Below are positions 26,096-45,999 of a stretch of DNA of 64,000 bases, one piece after another. The position numbers and the translations under genes are program-made. Numbering within the stretch: position 1 is the first letter of the stretch; every line of letters begins with the position of its first letter. Under the pieces are notes generated by a model, which was not told where the DNA came from, did not search any database, and was given only the letters and a program-made list of their open reading frames with translations. Origin of the DNA: Heptranchias perlo (taxonomy: Eukaryota); assembly GCF_035084215.1 (NCBI RefSeq), contig NW_027138892.1, forward strand, positions 186,001 to 250,000. The letters are read 5' to 3'.

Positions 26096-26120
26096 CTTTC
26101 CTCAAACTGTAAAATCTGTT

Positions 26121-26295
26121 TCCGTGACCGGTGGGCACCGCAGGGACTGGAGTGCATCCTGGATCGATGTAATAAAATTACAATTTGACACTTATTTTGG
26201 GTTTATTGATTTACTGCACATAATCACAACCAACCCCCCCCTCCCCTTCTTATAAAAGGGGGGCCTAAAACACAAAAAAAGGAAAAGCAAAAAAA
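26121..26295 (+). mobile_element. Tx1 3' end fragment immediately upstream of the outer-left ferritin promoter; mirror at ~38030-38205
   Basis: ccgtgaccggtgggcaccgcagggactggagtgcatcctgg...ccccttcttataaaaggggggcct. Confidence 0.85.
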
Positions 26296-26584
26296 CCATG
26301 GCTGCTCTTCCATCCCACACTCCAAAGAATAAAAAATCTGATCGTGACCATATTCTTGACCATAATCGACCTTTCTTTGATGGACCAATAAGGGAGACTC
26401 TGGGTTGCCCCAGGGTCACCAAACATAAACCATCACAAGTGGCCCTCTCAGGGCACCACTAATATTGGATGGTCCAATCAAACTGAAAAGATACCAAAAT
26501 AAGCATCAAGTGCCACCAAAAACAACAGGATACTTTCCCAATTAAATCAGGATTCTATTATTGATGTCTGAAAGACAGTCTATA

Positions 26585-26665
26585 CCCTGCGGTGCCCAGC
26601 GGTCGCGGAAGGCATCAAGCGTAACGGTGGACACCACATGCTCCCTCTCCGGGGCCACCCGGGCA
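26585..26665 (-). mobile_element. Small Tx1 fragment; mirror at ~37660-37741
   Basis: Mirror reads gcccgggtggccccggagagggagcatgtggtgtcc...ttccgcgaccgctgggcaccgcaggg. Confidence 0.7.
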
Positions 26666-28659
26666 CTTGACCATAATGGACCAAATTGTCAATTGGTGGA
26701 TCGGCCCCCATCCCATCGGTTATGGTCACTGATCGTGACGGTTCAAAGATCCAGAACCACAGGTTTAATTGTTGTTTGCGGGTCAGTGTCTTTGAATAAT
26801 TCTGGATGGATCCGTGAGTTGGTTATTTGGCAAGTAGCTGCGGGTTTGAGGCAACATCCAAACAGATCAGAGCCTGTGAACAGCAACCAACAGCGAGTCA
26901 GGCGAATGGAAAGTGGGTGTGATGAACGTGTTAAACACAAGTCCTTCAATACTCCATCAATTCTCGGGTCAGTGAGCATCTGTACACACATCGGCTGGAA
27001 AGTGAAGGGGGCCACGGCATGTTGAGTTCTTGTTTTGTCATCATGACATTTTACAAACAATAAAATGCAGAGCACTCCACGGGGAAGAGACTGTGGACCA
27101 TTGACTGAAGGGATTTGGGGGGGGGTGGGGTTTGGTGTTGGGAGGGATTGCGGTGAGAGGCAAACACTGTGTGTAGTGTTGGTTGTATATACAGTGAGCG
27201 ACAGTGGTGAACAGACTATCTGGTATTTCCTGGGTTTGGTAATCCCTTGTTTCAATGATTAATCTCTTGTACTTTTTGGACAGTCAAACACCAAGTGGAA
27301 AGAGTCGAGTGGTGAATTTTCTCATTAGAAAGGGGAGTTACTGATATTTCCCTAAATCCGGTCAGGGAAGGATGGGGCTCCGTGGATATTTTGTGTTCCA
27401 GATCACATCAGAATACTGTCGGATCAACAACAAACAGCAGGCTAAAAAAAAATCAAAGGTGGAACCTAGTGAAGGAAAGATGAAGCAACGAAAAGTGGGG
27501 TCGATGGACTGATCTGATCATATGATCCCTGTGTGAGAATAACCTGAACATCACTGGTGCAAACTCAGTTAAAGCTTTAAACAGACCAAGTAGTTGGTGG
27601 TTTAGCCTTTAATTAGATGGCTCTATTCTCCAACTCTTCAGTAGACTTGTAAGTGGCAGTTTTGGCAATTGGGATCTAGTGTTATTTGGTTCCAGGCCAA
27701 ATAAGATTACACAAAGATTGTATTCGCAAGGAGAGGGGAATGGGGCAAGAACTGTTTAATTGCAGAATCCAGCAAGGGAAACTTAGAGGGGCCCTTAGAT
27801 TTGCAACAGCAAATGGAAGTATTTTAGAGGCTAAGGGGTCCAGGATATAAAAGGTGCATGAGGTGAACAGAGACTGGAAAATAAAAATTGAGATTGAAAC
27901 AAATAGCAGGAGCTGGACCAAAGTTCTGCACAGGAAGAAAAAGATGGGCTGAAGAGAAGGAGGAAAGAGCCAGGTAACCCTAGCAGGAACAATTGGAGAT
28001 TTGGTCTTACTTTGCTCCAGGATTTTTGTAACTACTTAAATTTGAATACCTGCTTCAGGGAACACTTCCCTCATGTCCTACAATGGACAAGTCAGCAGCA
28101 ATGTGTGGGGTTGTTTATTCAGAAGGTTAACTACTGTAATCACCATTGATGCCCACATCCCATGAACGAATAGTAATTTAAAAAATGCACACTCTCCAAA
28201 AGGGATTCAAGCCTATGTGGAGGAAGAGGCCTTACTGTAATCAGATTACACTTTAATCTCTACTACACAACACCAAATATTGAAATCTGTTAGGTACAAA
28301 TCTAAATTTGGCCTGATGGCCATCCCAGGCTGCTACAAAACCAAATTAAGCCTTCTGGAGGGGAAGGGGTTAAAACATCCATGTGCCCAAACAAATCAGA
28401 TTTTATCACGGTGACAACTTATTTCTTAGAATTTTTTTTGTTTGACGCAAGGCCACGTGCATTGGTGTTAGAATGTGCTCAATTACTGAAGAAAAGGAAC
28501 CAGTTCAACATCAAAATGTTTTATTTCAGCTGCAAGAACACTCAACTACAATGTTTGGAAGTTAATCTTAGACTTTGAATTCCATTCCCAGTTCAGAGAG
28601 ATGGCAACATAAAACTTCAATACACAAGTTGAATATCTGCAACATGGACAACAGTCCAG

Positions 28660-31710
<3,051 letters not shown>

Positions 31711-32459
31711 CCAAACTACTTTTTTTTTAAATAGACCAGCAACTGACTATAAACAATATGAACATAAGGACCTCAAACCTAAGCTGCTATATTTATTCTT
31801 TCAGACCCAACCCATCTTTAACTACAGGATGTGACATCACTGATGATAAATGTTTGGCAGCCAATCAAATAGCTGCTTTCTCATCACACGAACGGAAAAA
31901 AACCCTAACCCCTCCCCCTGAAAAAAGTGGGGGGGGCCTAAAAACACCAGAAAAAAGGAAAAACACACAAAACCCCAATATCTTCAGGATCCTCCTTTCA
32001 TTCAATCACTTCTCTTGTTCTATTTCATAAGTTTCTTCACTTCATTTTAACCTGCTGTTTGTTTTTATTCTGTGACCTGTCTGTTTTTTAACCTCTCTTT
32101 CTCATGATTTCTCCCCCTGCTCCTCATTTGTTCTGTTCTTTTCTCCCCATCTCCCCCATTCCCCAGAATCCCACCCATTCCCATGTCCCCTTGTAACACT
32201 GTGCAGTCTGCAGCCTGTGTGTCCATGTCCCTGTGCTTCAGTCAGCCTGAGTCACTCTCTTCAATAAAAAATATTCCTTCCACTACGAGCATGCTATCCA
32301 GTCCCTCGGTGCCATTGTCTCAATGTTACTCTTTTAATTGAACAAGAAGGAGACACTGAGTTTCTCTTTTTTTCTAATGGGTCTTTGAGCCCCAGTGTCA
32401 GGAACCCCGAAAACCTATTCAAGTGCTGTAAGAATTTTTTCTTGTGCCACACCCAATCA

Positions 32460-33105
32460 TAGCAATGAAACCGAATTAAACCAAAATGTCACTGTCGTAA
32501 TCAACTATCCACTCCAGTCCCCGGTCTCAAACATAACGGCAGACACTCCGTGCTCCTTCTCCAGGGCCGCCCGGGCACGGAGAATGCTGCGGAAGAGAGA
32601 CAGACAGTCGGAGCGACCGCCCCCCCATAGGCCATGTCTAGCCTGGACCTGTAGATGGCCACCTTGGACAGGCCCAGGACCAGACCCACGAGGACTTCAG
32701 TCCCACGCTCCTGATCTTTGGCCACCCGTTGAGGGGAGTGGGGAGTTTGGGGGGGGGGGCGCAGGCAAGTCGGAGGACATTCTCATGGGTCTGGCCCTAG
32801 GCCTGTCCAAAGTGGTCATCTACAGGTCCAGGCTCGACCCGCCCCATGGGGACGGTCGCTCCGACCGTCTGCCTCTCTTCCGCAGCATTCTTCGCACCGC
32901 GATGGCCCTGGAGAGGGAGCACGCGGTGTCTGCCGGTACGTTTGAGGCTTTCCGCAACGGATGGGCACCGCAGGGATTGGAGTGCATCCTGGACCGAGAT
33001 AATAAAATTATAATTTGACACTTATTTTTTTTTTGGATTTACTGCACATGAACACACCCTAACCCCCCCTTCTTATAAAAGGGGGGCCTAAAACACACAA
33101 AAAAA
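32460..33105. mobile_element. Head-to-head pair of Tx1 3' fragments (minus ~32460-32725, plus ~32745-33105) in the palindrome spacer
   Basis: LVGLVLGLSKVAIYRSR on minus; LMGLALGLSKVVIYRSR...WAPQGLECILDRDNKIII plus hairpin tail on plus. Confidence 0.85.
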
Positions 33106-33461
33106 GCTGACTGCCCATAAAAAAAAAATTTAAATTATTATTTGACTCTGTTATCATTTAGTTTTTGGATTTTTAAAAAAAAAATAAAGTTACATCCTGA
33201 ACCTCCCTCCCTCAATCTCATAAAAGGGGATCGAAACATACAAAAAAAGTCAACCTGATTCAAAAGAAATCTACTTAATTGAAAAAAAAATGTTCTGATT
33301 GGCCTTAAATACAATCTCGACTACGCCTCTTTCTTGATTGGTGTCCTCAGTGGGCGTAGAGCTCTGAATGGCTAGTGTGAGTTTTTACTCATCATCGGGA
33401 ATGCCACGCCTTGTATTACAGGCAGGCTGTCCCCAGACATATCAATAGAAGAGTTTGGGAA

Positions 33462-33690
33462 TGCTCTGCGCCCGGGTGGCCCTGGAGATGGAGCACGCGG
33501 TGTCTGCCGGTACGCTCGAGGCTTTCCGCGACCGGGGGGCACCGCAGGGGCTGGAGTGCATCCTGGACGAGGATAATAAAGTTTTAATTTGAACACTTGG
33601 TTTTGGTTTGTTTGGGTTTTTAGTATTTAAGCACACCCCAAACCCCCCCTTCTTATAAAAGGGGGGCCTAATAGGAAAAAGAAAAAAAAA
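33462..33690 (+). mobile_element. Tx1 3' fragment with target-site duplication aagagtttgggaa, inserted at the ferritin pseudogene start region
   Basis: gagtttgggaa at 33451 and 33691 flanks the insert, which ends in the hairpin and A-rich tail. Confidence 0.9.
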
Positions 33691-33749
33691 GAGTTTGGGA
33701 AGACGTTAGCCTGGTTCAGCTAGTTAAAATACCTTCTTAGACAGTTAGA

Positions 33750-35691
<1,942 letters not shown>

Positions 35692-38254
35692 CTGGACTGT
35701 TGTCCATGTTGCAGATATTCAACTTGTGTATTGAAGTTTTATGTTGCCATCTCTCTGAACTGGGAATGGAATTCAAAGTCTAAGATTAACTTCCAAACAT
35801 TGTAGTTGAGTGTTCTTGCAGCTGAAATAAAACATTTTGATGTTGAACTGGTTCCTTTTCTTCAGTAATTGAGCACATTCTAACACCAATGCACGTGGCC
35901 TTGCGTCAAACAAAAAAAATTCGAAGAAATAGGTTGTCACCGTGATAAAATCTGATTTGTTTGGGCACATGGATGTTTTAACCCCTTCCCCTCCAGAAGG
36001 CTTAATTTGGTTTTGTAGCAGCCTAGGATGGCCATCAGGCCAAAATTAGATTTGTACCTAACAGCTTTCAATATTTGGTGTTCTGTAGTAGAGATTAAAG
36101 TGTAATCTGATTACAGTAAGACCTCTTCCTCCACATAGGCTTGAATCCCTTTTGGAGAGTGTGCATTTTTTTATTACTATTCGTTCATGGGATGTGGGCA
36201 TCAATGGTGATTACAGTAGTTAACCTTCTGAATAAACAACCCCACACATTGCTGCTGACTTGTCCATTGTAGGACATGAGGGAAGTGTTCCCTGAAGCAG
36301 GTATTCAAATTTAAGTAGTTACAAAAATCCTGGAGCAAAGTAAGACCAAATCTCCAATTGTTCCTGCTAGGGTTACCTGGCTCTTTCCTCCTTCTCTTCA
36401 GCCCATCTTTTTCTTCCTGTGCAGAACTTTGGTCCAGCTCCTGCTATTTGTTTCAATCTCAATTTTTATTTTCCAGTCTCTGTTCACCTCATGCACCTTT
36501 TATATCCTGGACCCCATAGCCTCTAAAATACTTCCATTTGCTGTTGCAAATCTAAGAGCCCCTCTAAGTTTCCCTTGCTGGATTCTGTTTCATTAAACAG
36601 TTCTTGCCCCATTCCCCTCTCCTTGCGAATACAATCTTTGTGTAATCTTATGTGGCCTGGAACCAAATAACACTTATAAGTCTACTGAAGAGTTGGAGAA
36701 TAGAGCCATCTAATTAAAGGCTAAACCACCAACTACTTGGTCTGTTTAAAGCTTTAACTGAGTTTGCACCAGTGATGTTCAGGTTATTCTCACACAGGGA
36801 TCATATGATCAGATCAGTCCATCGACCCCACTTTTCGTTGCTTCATCTTTCCTTCACTAGGTTCTACCTTTGATTTTTTTTTAGCCTGCTGTTTGTTGTT
36901 GATCCGACAGTATTCTGATGTGATCTGGAACACAAAATATCCACGGGGCCCCATCCTTCCCTGACCGGATTTAGGGAAATATCAGTAACTCCCCTTTCTA
37001 ATGAGAAAATTCACCACTCGACTCTTTCCACTTGGTGTTTGACTGTCCAAAAAGTACAAGAGATTAATCATTGAAACAAGGGATTACCAAACCCAGGAAA
37101 TACCAGATAGTCTGTTCACCACTGTCGCTCACTGTATATACAACCAACACTACACACAGTGTTTGCCTCTCACCGCAATCCCTCCCAACACCAAACCACC
37201 CCCCGCCCCAAATCCCTTCAGTCAATGGTCCACAGTCTCTTCCCCGTGGAGTGCTCTGCATTTTATTGTTTGTAAAATGTCATGATGACAAAACAAGAAC
37301 TCAACATGCCGTGGCCCCCTTCACTTTCCAGCCGATGTGTGTACAGATGCTCACTGACCCTAGAATTGATGGAGTATTGAAGGACTTGTGTTTAACACGT
37401 TCATCACACCCACTTTCCATTCGCCTGACTCGCTGTTGGTTGCTGTTCACAGGCTCTGATCTGTTTGGATGTTGCCTCAAACCCGCAGCTACTTGCCAAA
37501 TAACCAACTCACGGATCCATCCAGAATTATTCAAAGACACTGACCCGCAAACAACAATTAAACCTGTGGTTCTGGATCTTTGAACCGTCACGATCAGTGA
37601 CCATAACCGATGGGATGGGGGCAGATCCACCAATTGACAATTTGGTCCATTATGGTCAAGTGCCCGGGTGGCCCCGGAGAGGGAGCATGTGGTGTCCACC
37701 GTTATGCTTGATGCCTTCCGCGACCGCTGGGCACCGCAGGGTATAGACTGTCTTTCAGACATCAATAATAGAATCCTGATTTAATTGGGAAAGTATCCTG
37801 TTGTTTTTGGTGGCACTTGATGCTTATTTTGGTATCTTTTCAGTTTGATTGGACCATCCAATATTAGTGGTGCCCTGAGAGGGCCACTTGTGATGGTTTA
37901 TGTTTGGTGACCCTGGGGCAACCCAGAGTCTCCCTTATTGGTCCATCAAAGAAAGGTCGATTATGGTCAAGAATATGGTCGCGATCAGATTTTTTTTTCT
38001 TTGGAGTGTGGGATGGAAGAGCAGCCATGGTTTTTTTGCTTTTCCTTTTTTTGTGTTTTAGGCCCCCCTTTTATTAGAAGGGGAGGGGGGGTTGGTTGTG
38101 TTTCTGTGCAGTAAATCAATAAACCCAAAATAAGTGTCAAATTATAATTTTATTACATCGATCCAGGATGCACTCCAGTCCCTGCGGTGCCCACCGGTCA
38201 CGGAAACAGATTTTACAGTTTGAGGAAAGTCAAAGCAATTGGATCTTTATTGAA

Positions 38255-38482
38255 TTGTCAGCCAATGATGCTCCTCCTTCAAAGTTCTGACTGGCTCTGG
38301 GTGTCATCTCCCCTCCTCCCTTTTCTTGATTGGTGTTCTGAGAGAGGATGTAATTTCTGATTGGGTATTGCCAACTGTCACGCATCATCTAGGCTGCCAC
38401 GCCCAGGATTAACCAGCAGTATAAATATGGAGCTTTGGGTGGCTGTTTTTCAGTTTCTTGCTTCAATAGAGTTGTTTAGTTT
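38255..38482 (+). promoter_or_regulatory. Ferritin promoter (CCAAT boxes, TATAAATA at 38420) and degenerate IRE at ~38453-38482
   Basis: gccaat at 38261, gattgg at ~38328 and ~38359; gtttcttgcttcaatagagttgtttag. Confidence 0.75.
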
Positions 38483-38501
38483 TGTTAAAGTTAATTTAAA
38501 G

Positions 38502-41063
<2,562 letters not shown>

Positions 41064-42852
41064 ACTGACTGCAGGGATAAAGCTTATTGTTCAGTACTCC
41101 TGTTTATAGTCTGAAGAACCCCTATCCTGTAGCAATGGTGACTTTGTACTAAAAGCTGTGAGACCTGGGCTCTTGATGTGAAATGTAATAGTAACTGGAA
41201 ATAAACTGTTACAGAAGACTGGGTTTTGGCTCCTTGTAAATTGAGTGAATGCTTATTTTTCAGATTAACATAATTCAGCTGTTGTAACAAATTACATTGG
41301 GCTATGTATTGGCTTTAGGGTGAGATTCTGCCCTATGACATTTTTTCTTCTGGGGTCATATCAATGTCGTGACTTGGGTGTTGAGGGCCAATGTGTCTGC
41401 CTTGAGTGTGAATTGTATTTATGCAGCAAAATGATTACTGCTGATTTCAATGCAAAGAACAATACAGTAATGAGTTACTGTTCCTATTAGTACTGCATAT
41501 TATCAACTGTTTAACTCATTAATGATGCAAAATCAGCTGCTGTAACATTTTGTTCCAATAAAACACAAGGAAAGTGAACTAGTAATTTCAGTCCATCAGG
41601 CAATTTTTTAAGAATAGTATCTGCCTGGGGAAGAACAATCCAGATGCTTTTTTTTCCAAAGATGCTACAGACCTCAGTAGGTAGTTGGGGTAGCTTATGA
41701 AATCACTCACTATTACTCCTAATAAACTGTTTGTTTGGAGTCAAATAGGTCTCATATGGGGGAGTGCAGGTTCCCTGTTTGTCTATTTCCCTTCATTTTC
41801 ATCTTCTGCCCCCCAACCCCCTGTTAATCTCCCCCATGAATAATAAATTGGGTATGGTACAGAAAAAATACCTCGAACTAAACTCCAGCAAACAAAATCT
41901 TCCTTCTGGGAGACGTAGTAAATGCACTAAACAACTAACTTGAACCATTAAGTTGAATAGATAAGGCTCCTAAACTCTTCCATACCACTACTGTTCCATC
42001 AATTCATAAACCCAATATAAGCAGCTCATCCATAAATCTATCAATTTGTATTTATCCCATTGTGCAGTTAATACTAGATTACAATTCTAAATTCTACTGG
42101 ATCACCATTTCATTTAAACCAAGTTAAATAGATATTTTGCCTGAAACTCCACATCCCAATGCCATCAATTCATAAACCCAATACAATTAGCTCCTCCATA
42201 AATGTGTCGATTTGCCTATAGTCCTATTGTGTGTTCCATACCAAATTGTAACCAACCTTTCCAAATCCTATGGGTTCTCCATTCATCTCCTTCACCCCTA
42301 TGAATGGATTCAAATGTTGATGCTGTAGCTGTAATTATCCAGTGTTTCCAAGTGAAGTTTAGGAACTTGTGACTTGCACTGGGTGTGATAGAATTGCCGT
42401 CTTCAGTCAGTCCATGTTAATATCTTTATATTGATGGAGTAAATAAGGGGAAACTGATTCCAGTAGCAGACCGGTTCGTAACCAGCAAACACAGATTTAA
42501 GGTGATTGGTAAAAGAACCAGAAGTGACACGAAACTTTTTTCAGTGTTCTGATCTGGAATGCATTGCCTCATCGGGTGGTGGAAGCAGATTTAATAACTT
42601 TCAAAAGGAAATTGGATAAATACTTGAAGGGGGAAAGAGCAGGGGAGTGGGACTAATTGGATAGCTCTTTCAAAGAGGCAGCATAGGCACAATGGGCTGA
42701 ATGGCTTCTTTCTGTGCTGTAATAGTAGGATATTATGATCTCTAAAGGCACTTTTGGGATATCAATGTCACCACATTTCATACGTTGTTGAGCCATAATT
42801 TTACGAGTCAGTGTGGATTATCTGGTAGCTTTGACTGCTGCATAGTTCGCAC

Positions 42853-43225
42853 CTTTGAGGTGTCGTCACTGTTGTAAGGTAAGAAATGCGGCAGTCAATT
42901 TGCCTCCAGCAAGGACCCAAAAACAGGAATGAAATATTGACCTGATAATCTGTTTTAGTGATGTTAGTTGAGGGATAAATATTGGTCCAGATATTGGGGA
43001 GAACTCCGCTGCTCTTCCTCGAAATAGTGCTGTGGGATATTTTACGTCCACCTGAGAGAGCAGATGAGGCCTCGATTTAATATCACATCCAAAAGACGGC
43101 ACCTCCGACAGTCCAGCACTCCCTTAGTCAGCCTAGATGATGTGCTCAAATCTCGAGATGATGACTTGAACCCACAACCTTCTGACTCTGAGGTGAGAGT
43201 GCTGCCACTGAGCCACAGCTGACAC
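42853..43225 (-). mobile_element. DeuSINE, mirror of 21096-21468
   Basis: Reverse-complement match. Confidence 0.8.
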
Positions 43226-43654
43226 AAATGGAGATGTTTGTGTGGGTGACATTGCATTCAGTAATCTTCACTGCCTCTCATTCTCGCTGAATATCCTGAA
43301 TTTTACCAAACAACATTTCATGAGAATCAAAACTAAAAATGATGCATCCCACAATGCTTTGCCCAGTTGATGCCCCCATGCTGCCAATCCTCAGACACAC
43401 CCATTCTCGATATTAGAACTGGGGACGATTCACACCATCCATGGGATGGAATTTCCATTTCTCTGACCAGTGGATGGTTTGCAAATTCACTCAAGACAAC
43501 TTGATTGCTTTGAATATTGTCTCAACATCACAATCACTAACAAGTAATAAACTTGACCAGATTATGAAAAGCCACTTCAGTGAAAATATCAAATTATTAT
43601 CAAATAATTCAAAGTTATGATTCCAAGAGATTGAAACAAAGAGAAACTTTCAGA

Positions 43655-45496
43655 TTTTTTTTTTTCTTTTTTTTTCACTTTCAGATTTTTTTTTTTTCTT
43701 TTTTCTTTTTTTATTTTGTTAGGCCCCCCTTTTATAAGAAGGGGGGGTGGGGTGTGCTTAAATACTAAAACCAAACAAACCAAAACCAAGTGTTCAAATT
43801 AAAATTTTATTCTCCTCGTCCAGGATACACTCCAGCCCCTGCGGTGCCCACCGGTCGTGGAAAGCCTCGAGCGTACCGGCAGACACCGCGTGCTCCATCT
43901 CCAGGGCCACCCGGGCGCGGAGCATTCCGCGGAAGAGAGGCAGACAGGCCGAGTGACCGCCCCCACTGACCACGATCATCCTAGACCTGTGGATGGCCAC
44001 CTTGGACAGGCCCAGGAGCAGGCCCACGAGGACGTCCACCGACCTGCCCGCTCCCCTCCTCACCGTGCGGCCAAAGATCAGGAGCGTGGGATTGAAATGC
44101 AGCCAGAACATGAGGAGCAGCCCCTTCAAATAATCAAACAGGTGCTGCAGTCTCGCACACCCAGTGTACAGATGGAACACGGACTCCTCCAGGCCGCAGA
44201 AATCACAAGCGGCCTGGGTGTACGTGAAATGGCGTAACCGCTGGTTGCAGGCGACTGCTCCGTGCAACACTCTCCACCCCAGATCCCCGATGGAACACGG
44301 GAGGATCCCTGAGTAGAGAGCCCCCCACTGGGAACACCCGTCTCCGCCGGACGGCAGGATGGTACGCCAGGGCGTGTCCGGCCGAGAGACGAGGGCGAGG
44401 AAGTGGATGGTGTGCAGGAGCAGCCCGTACAGGAAATCCCTCCGCGCGGTGTGAAACGGCACGGAGGGAATTTCCGAGAGACGACTCAAGTTGTGAGGCG
44501 CGGCCCCCCGAGGGAGGTTCCGGGGTTTGGCGCCGAGGAGGAACTCCGTCCGAACGGGGGTCAGGTCGGACGGGATGGCTCCGCACGCCTGAGCCGCCTC
44601 CACATCCCGAGTGGAGTCAGGGCCGAGCGCCGATTTCAACGCCCGGATGGCGATGGCCGCGTCCCCGGCACGCCACGAGGACATCCGTGCGGCAACCCGA
44701 CCCTCCGCCATCCAGGACGTCCCTGACTCTGGTCACCCGACCGGCCACGGCCCTCCGCACCGACAGCCGCGAGTGGCCGAAGCCGATATCGCGGAGGAAC
44801 GGATTCCCGAGCAGCGGCTCCTGCAGGACGGCCGCTACCCCTGACGGGCGAGAGCTCCGACCGGAGGCGACCATGTTCCAGACCCTGAGCAGATCCTGGT
44901 AAAAGACAGGCAGCTCCTGCAAAGACATGCGGCCGCCCACCAGCGAGACGAACAGGAGCTGCGTGTCGTAGTTCAGGCCGTGCAGCTGGCGGAAAAAATA
45001 CGTCGCCAGCGCACGCCATCTAAGAGGACGCTCAACGTACAGGTATCGCGGCAGCGTCCGAAGGTGAAAAGTTGCCACCTGGGTGCGGACGCACACCAGC
45101 CCCTGACCGCCCTCCCTAAGCGGGAGACTCAGGACCACGGCAGCGACCCAGTGTATCCCTCTGGCCCAGAAGAAGTCGACGAACTTCCTCTGAATCTTGG
45201 CGACAAACTCGGGGGGTGGGGTCAAAGTGACCAATCTGTACCACAACATGGCTGCCACCAGCTGGTTTATGACCAGCACTCGACCCCTGTAGGATAACAC
45301 TCAGAGCAGTCCTGTCCAGCGCGCCAGGCGAGCGGCGACCTTGGCCTCCAGCTCTTCCCAGTTCGCCGGCCAGGCTTCCTCGGCAGGGCCGAGGTAGATC
45401 CCAGGTACCGGAGGTGCGTGGTACTCCAGGCGAAAGGCCTGAGCTCCTCCGGCAGGGAGTCCACCCGCCACTGACTTACCAGAAAACTAGACGAAA
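43655..45496 (-). mobile_element. Tx1 5'-truncated copy, frameshifted mirror of 18813-20666
   Basis: ORF split into 45267-45665, 44617-45300 and 43794-44711 by a 1-bp deletion (~45398) and a ~20-bp deletion (~44693). Confidence 0.9.
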
Positions 45497-45820
45497 CTGG
45501 AGTGCATCCTGGATATCCACAGGTCCAGGATGCTCGCGGTCCGTGGGGGCGGGTGCTCGGCCTGTCTGCCTCTCTTTCGCGGGTTGCTCCGCGCCCGGGT
45601 GGCCCTGGAGATGGAGCACGCGGTGTCTGCCGGTACGCTTGAGGCTTTCCGCGACCAGTGGGCACTGCAGGGGCTGGAGTGCATCCTGGACGAGGAAAAT
45701 AAAATTTTAATTTGATGCCTGGTTTTGTTTTATTTGATTTTTAGTACTTAAGCACACCCTACACCCCCCCCCCTTCTTATAAAAGGGGGGCCTAAAAAAC
45801 ACAAAAAAAAGAAAAAAAAA
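45497..45820 (+). mobile_element. Short Tx1 3' end pointing at the right-arm ZP3
   Basis: ORF 45530-45715; cccccttcttataaaaggggggcc; A-rich tail. Confidence 0.9.
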
Positions 45821-45999
45821 GTGTGCTGGTTGGTGGGTAAAGTGATAAAAGAAAAAGAAAAAAAGGGAAAAAAAAGAGAAAAAAAAAAGGTGCTGGTTGG
45901 TGGGTAAAGTGATAAAAGAAAAAGAAAAAAAGGAAAAAAAAAGAGAAAAAAAGAAGGTGCTGGTTGGTGGGTAAAGTGATAGTTGAGTTATTTGGTATC

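Noticed and set aside
38361-38501. N-terminal extension or signal peptide on ferritin (secreted yolk ferritin)
   Set aside because: The ORF starts at TTG upstream of the TATA box, and the in-frame ATG at 38427 abuts the TATA, upstream of the expected transcription start.
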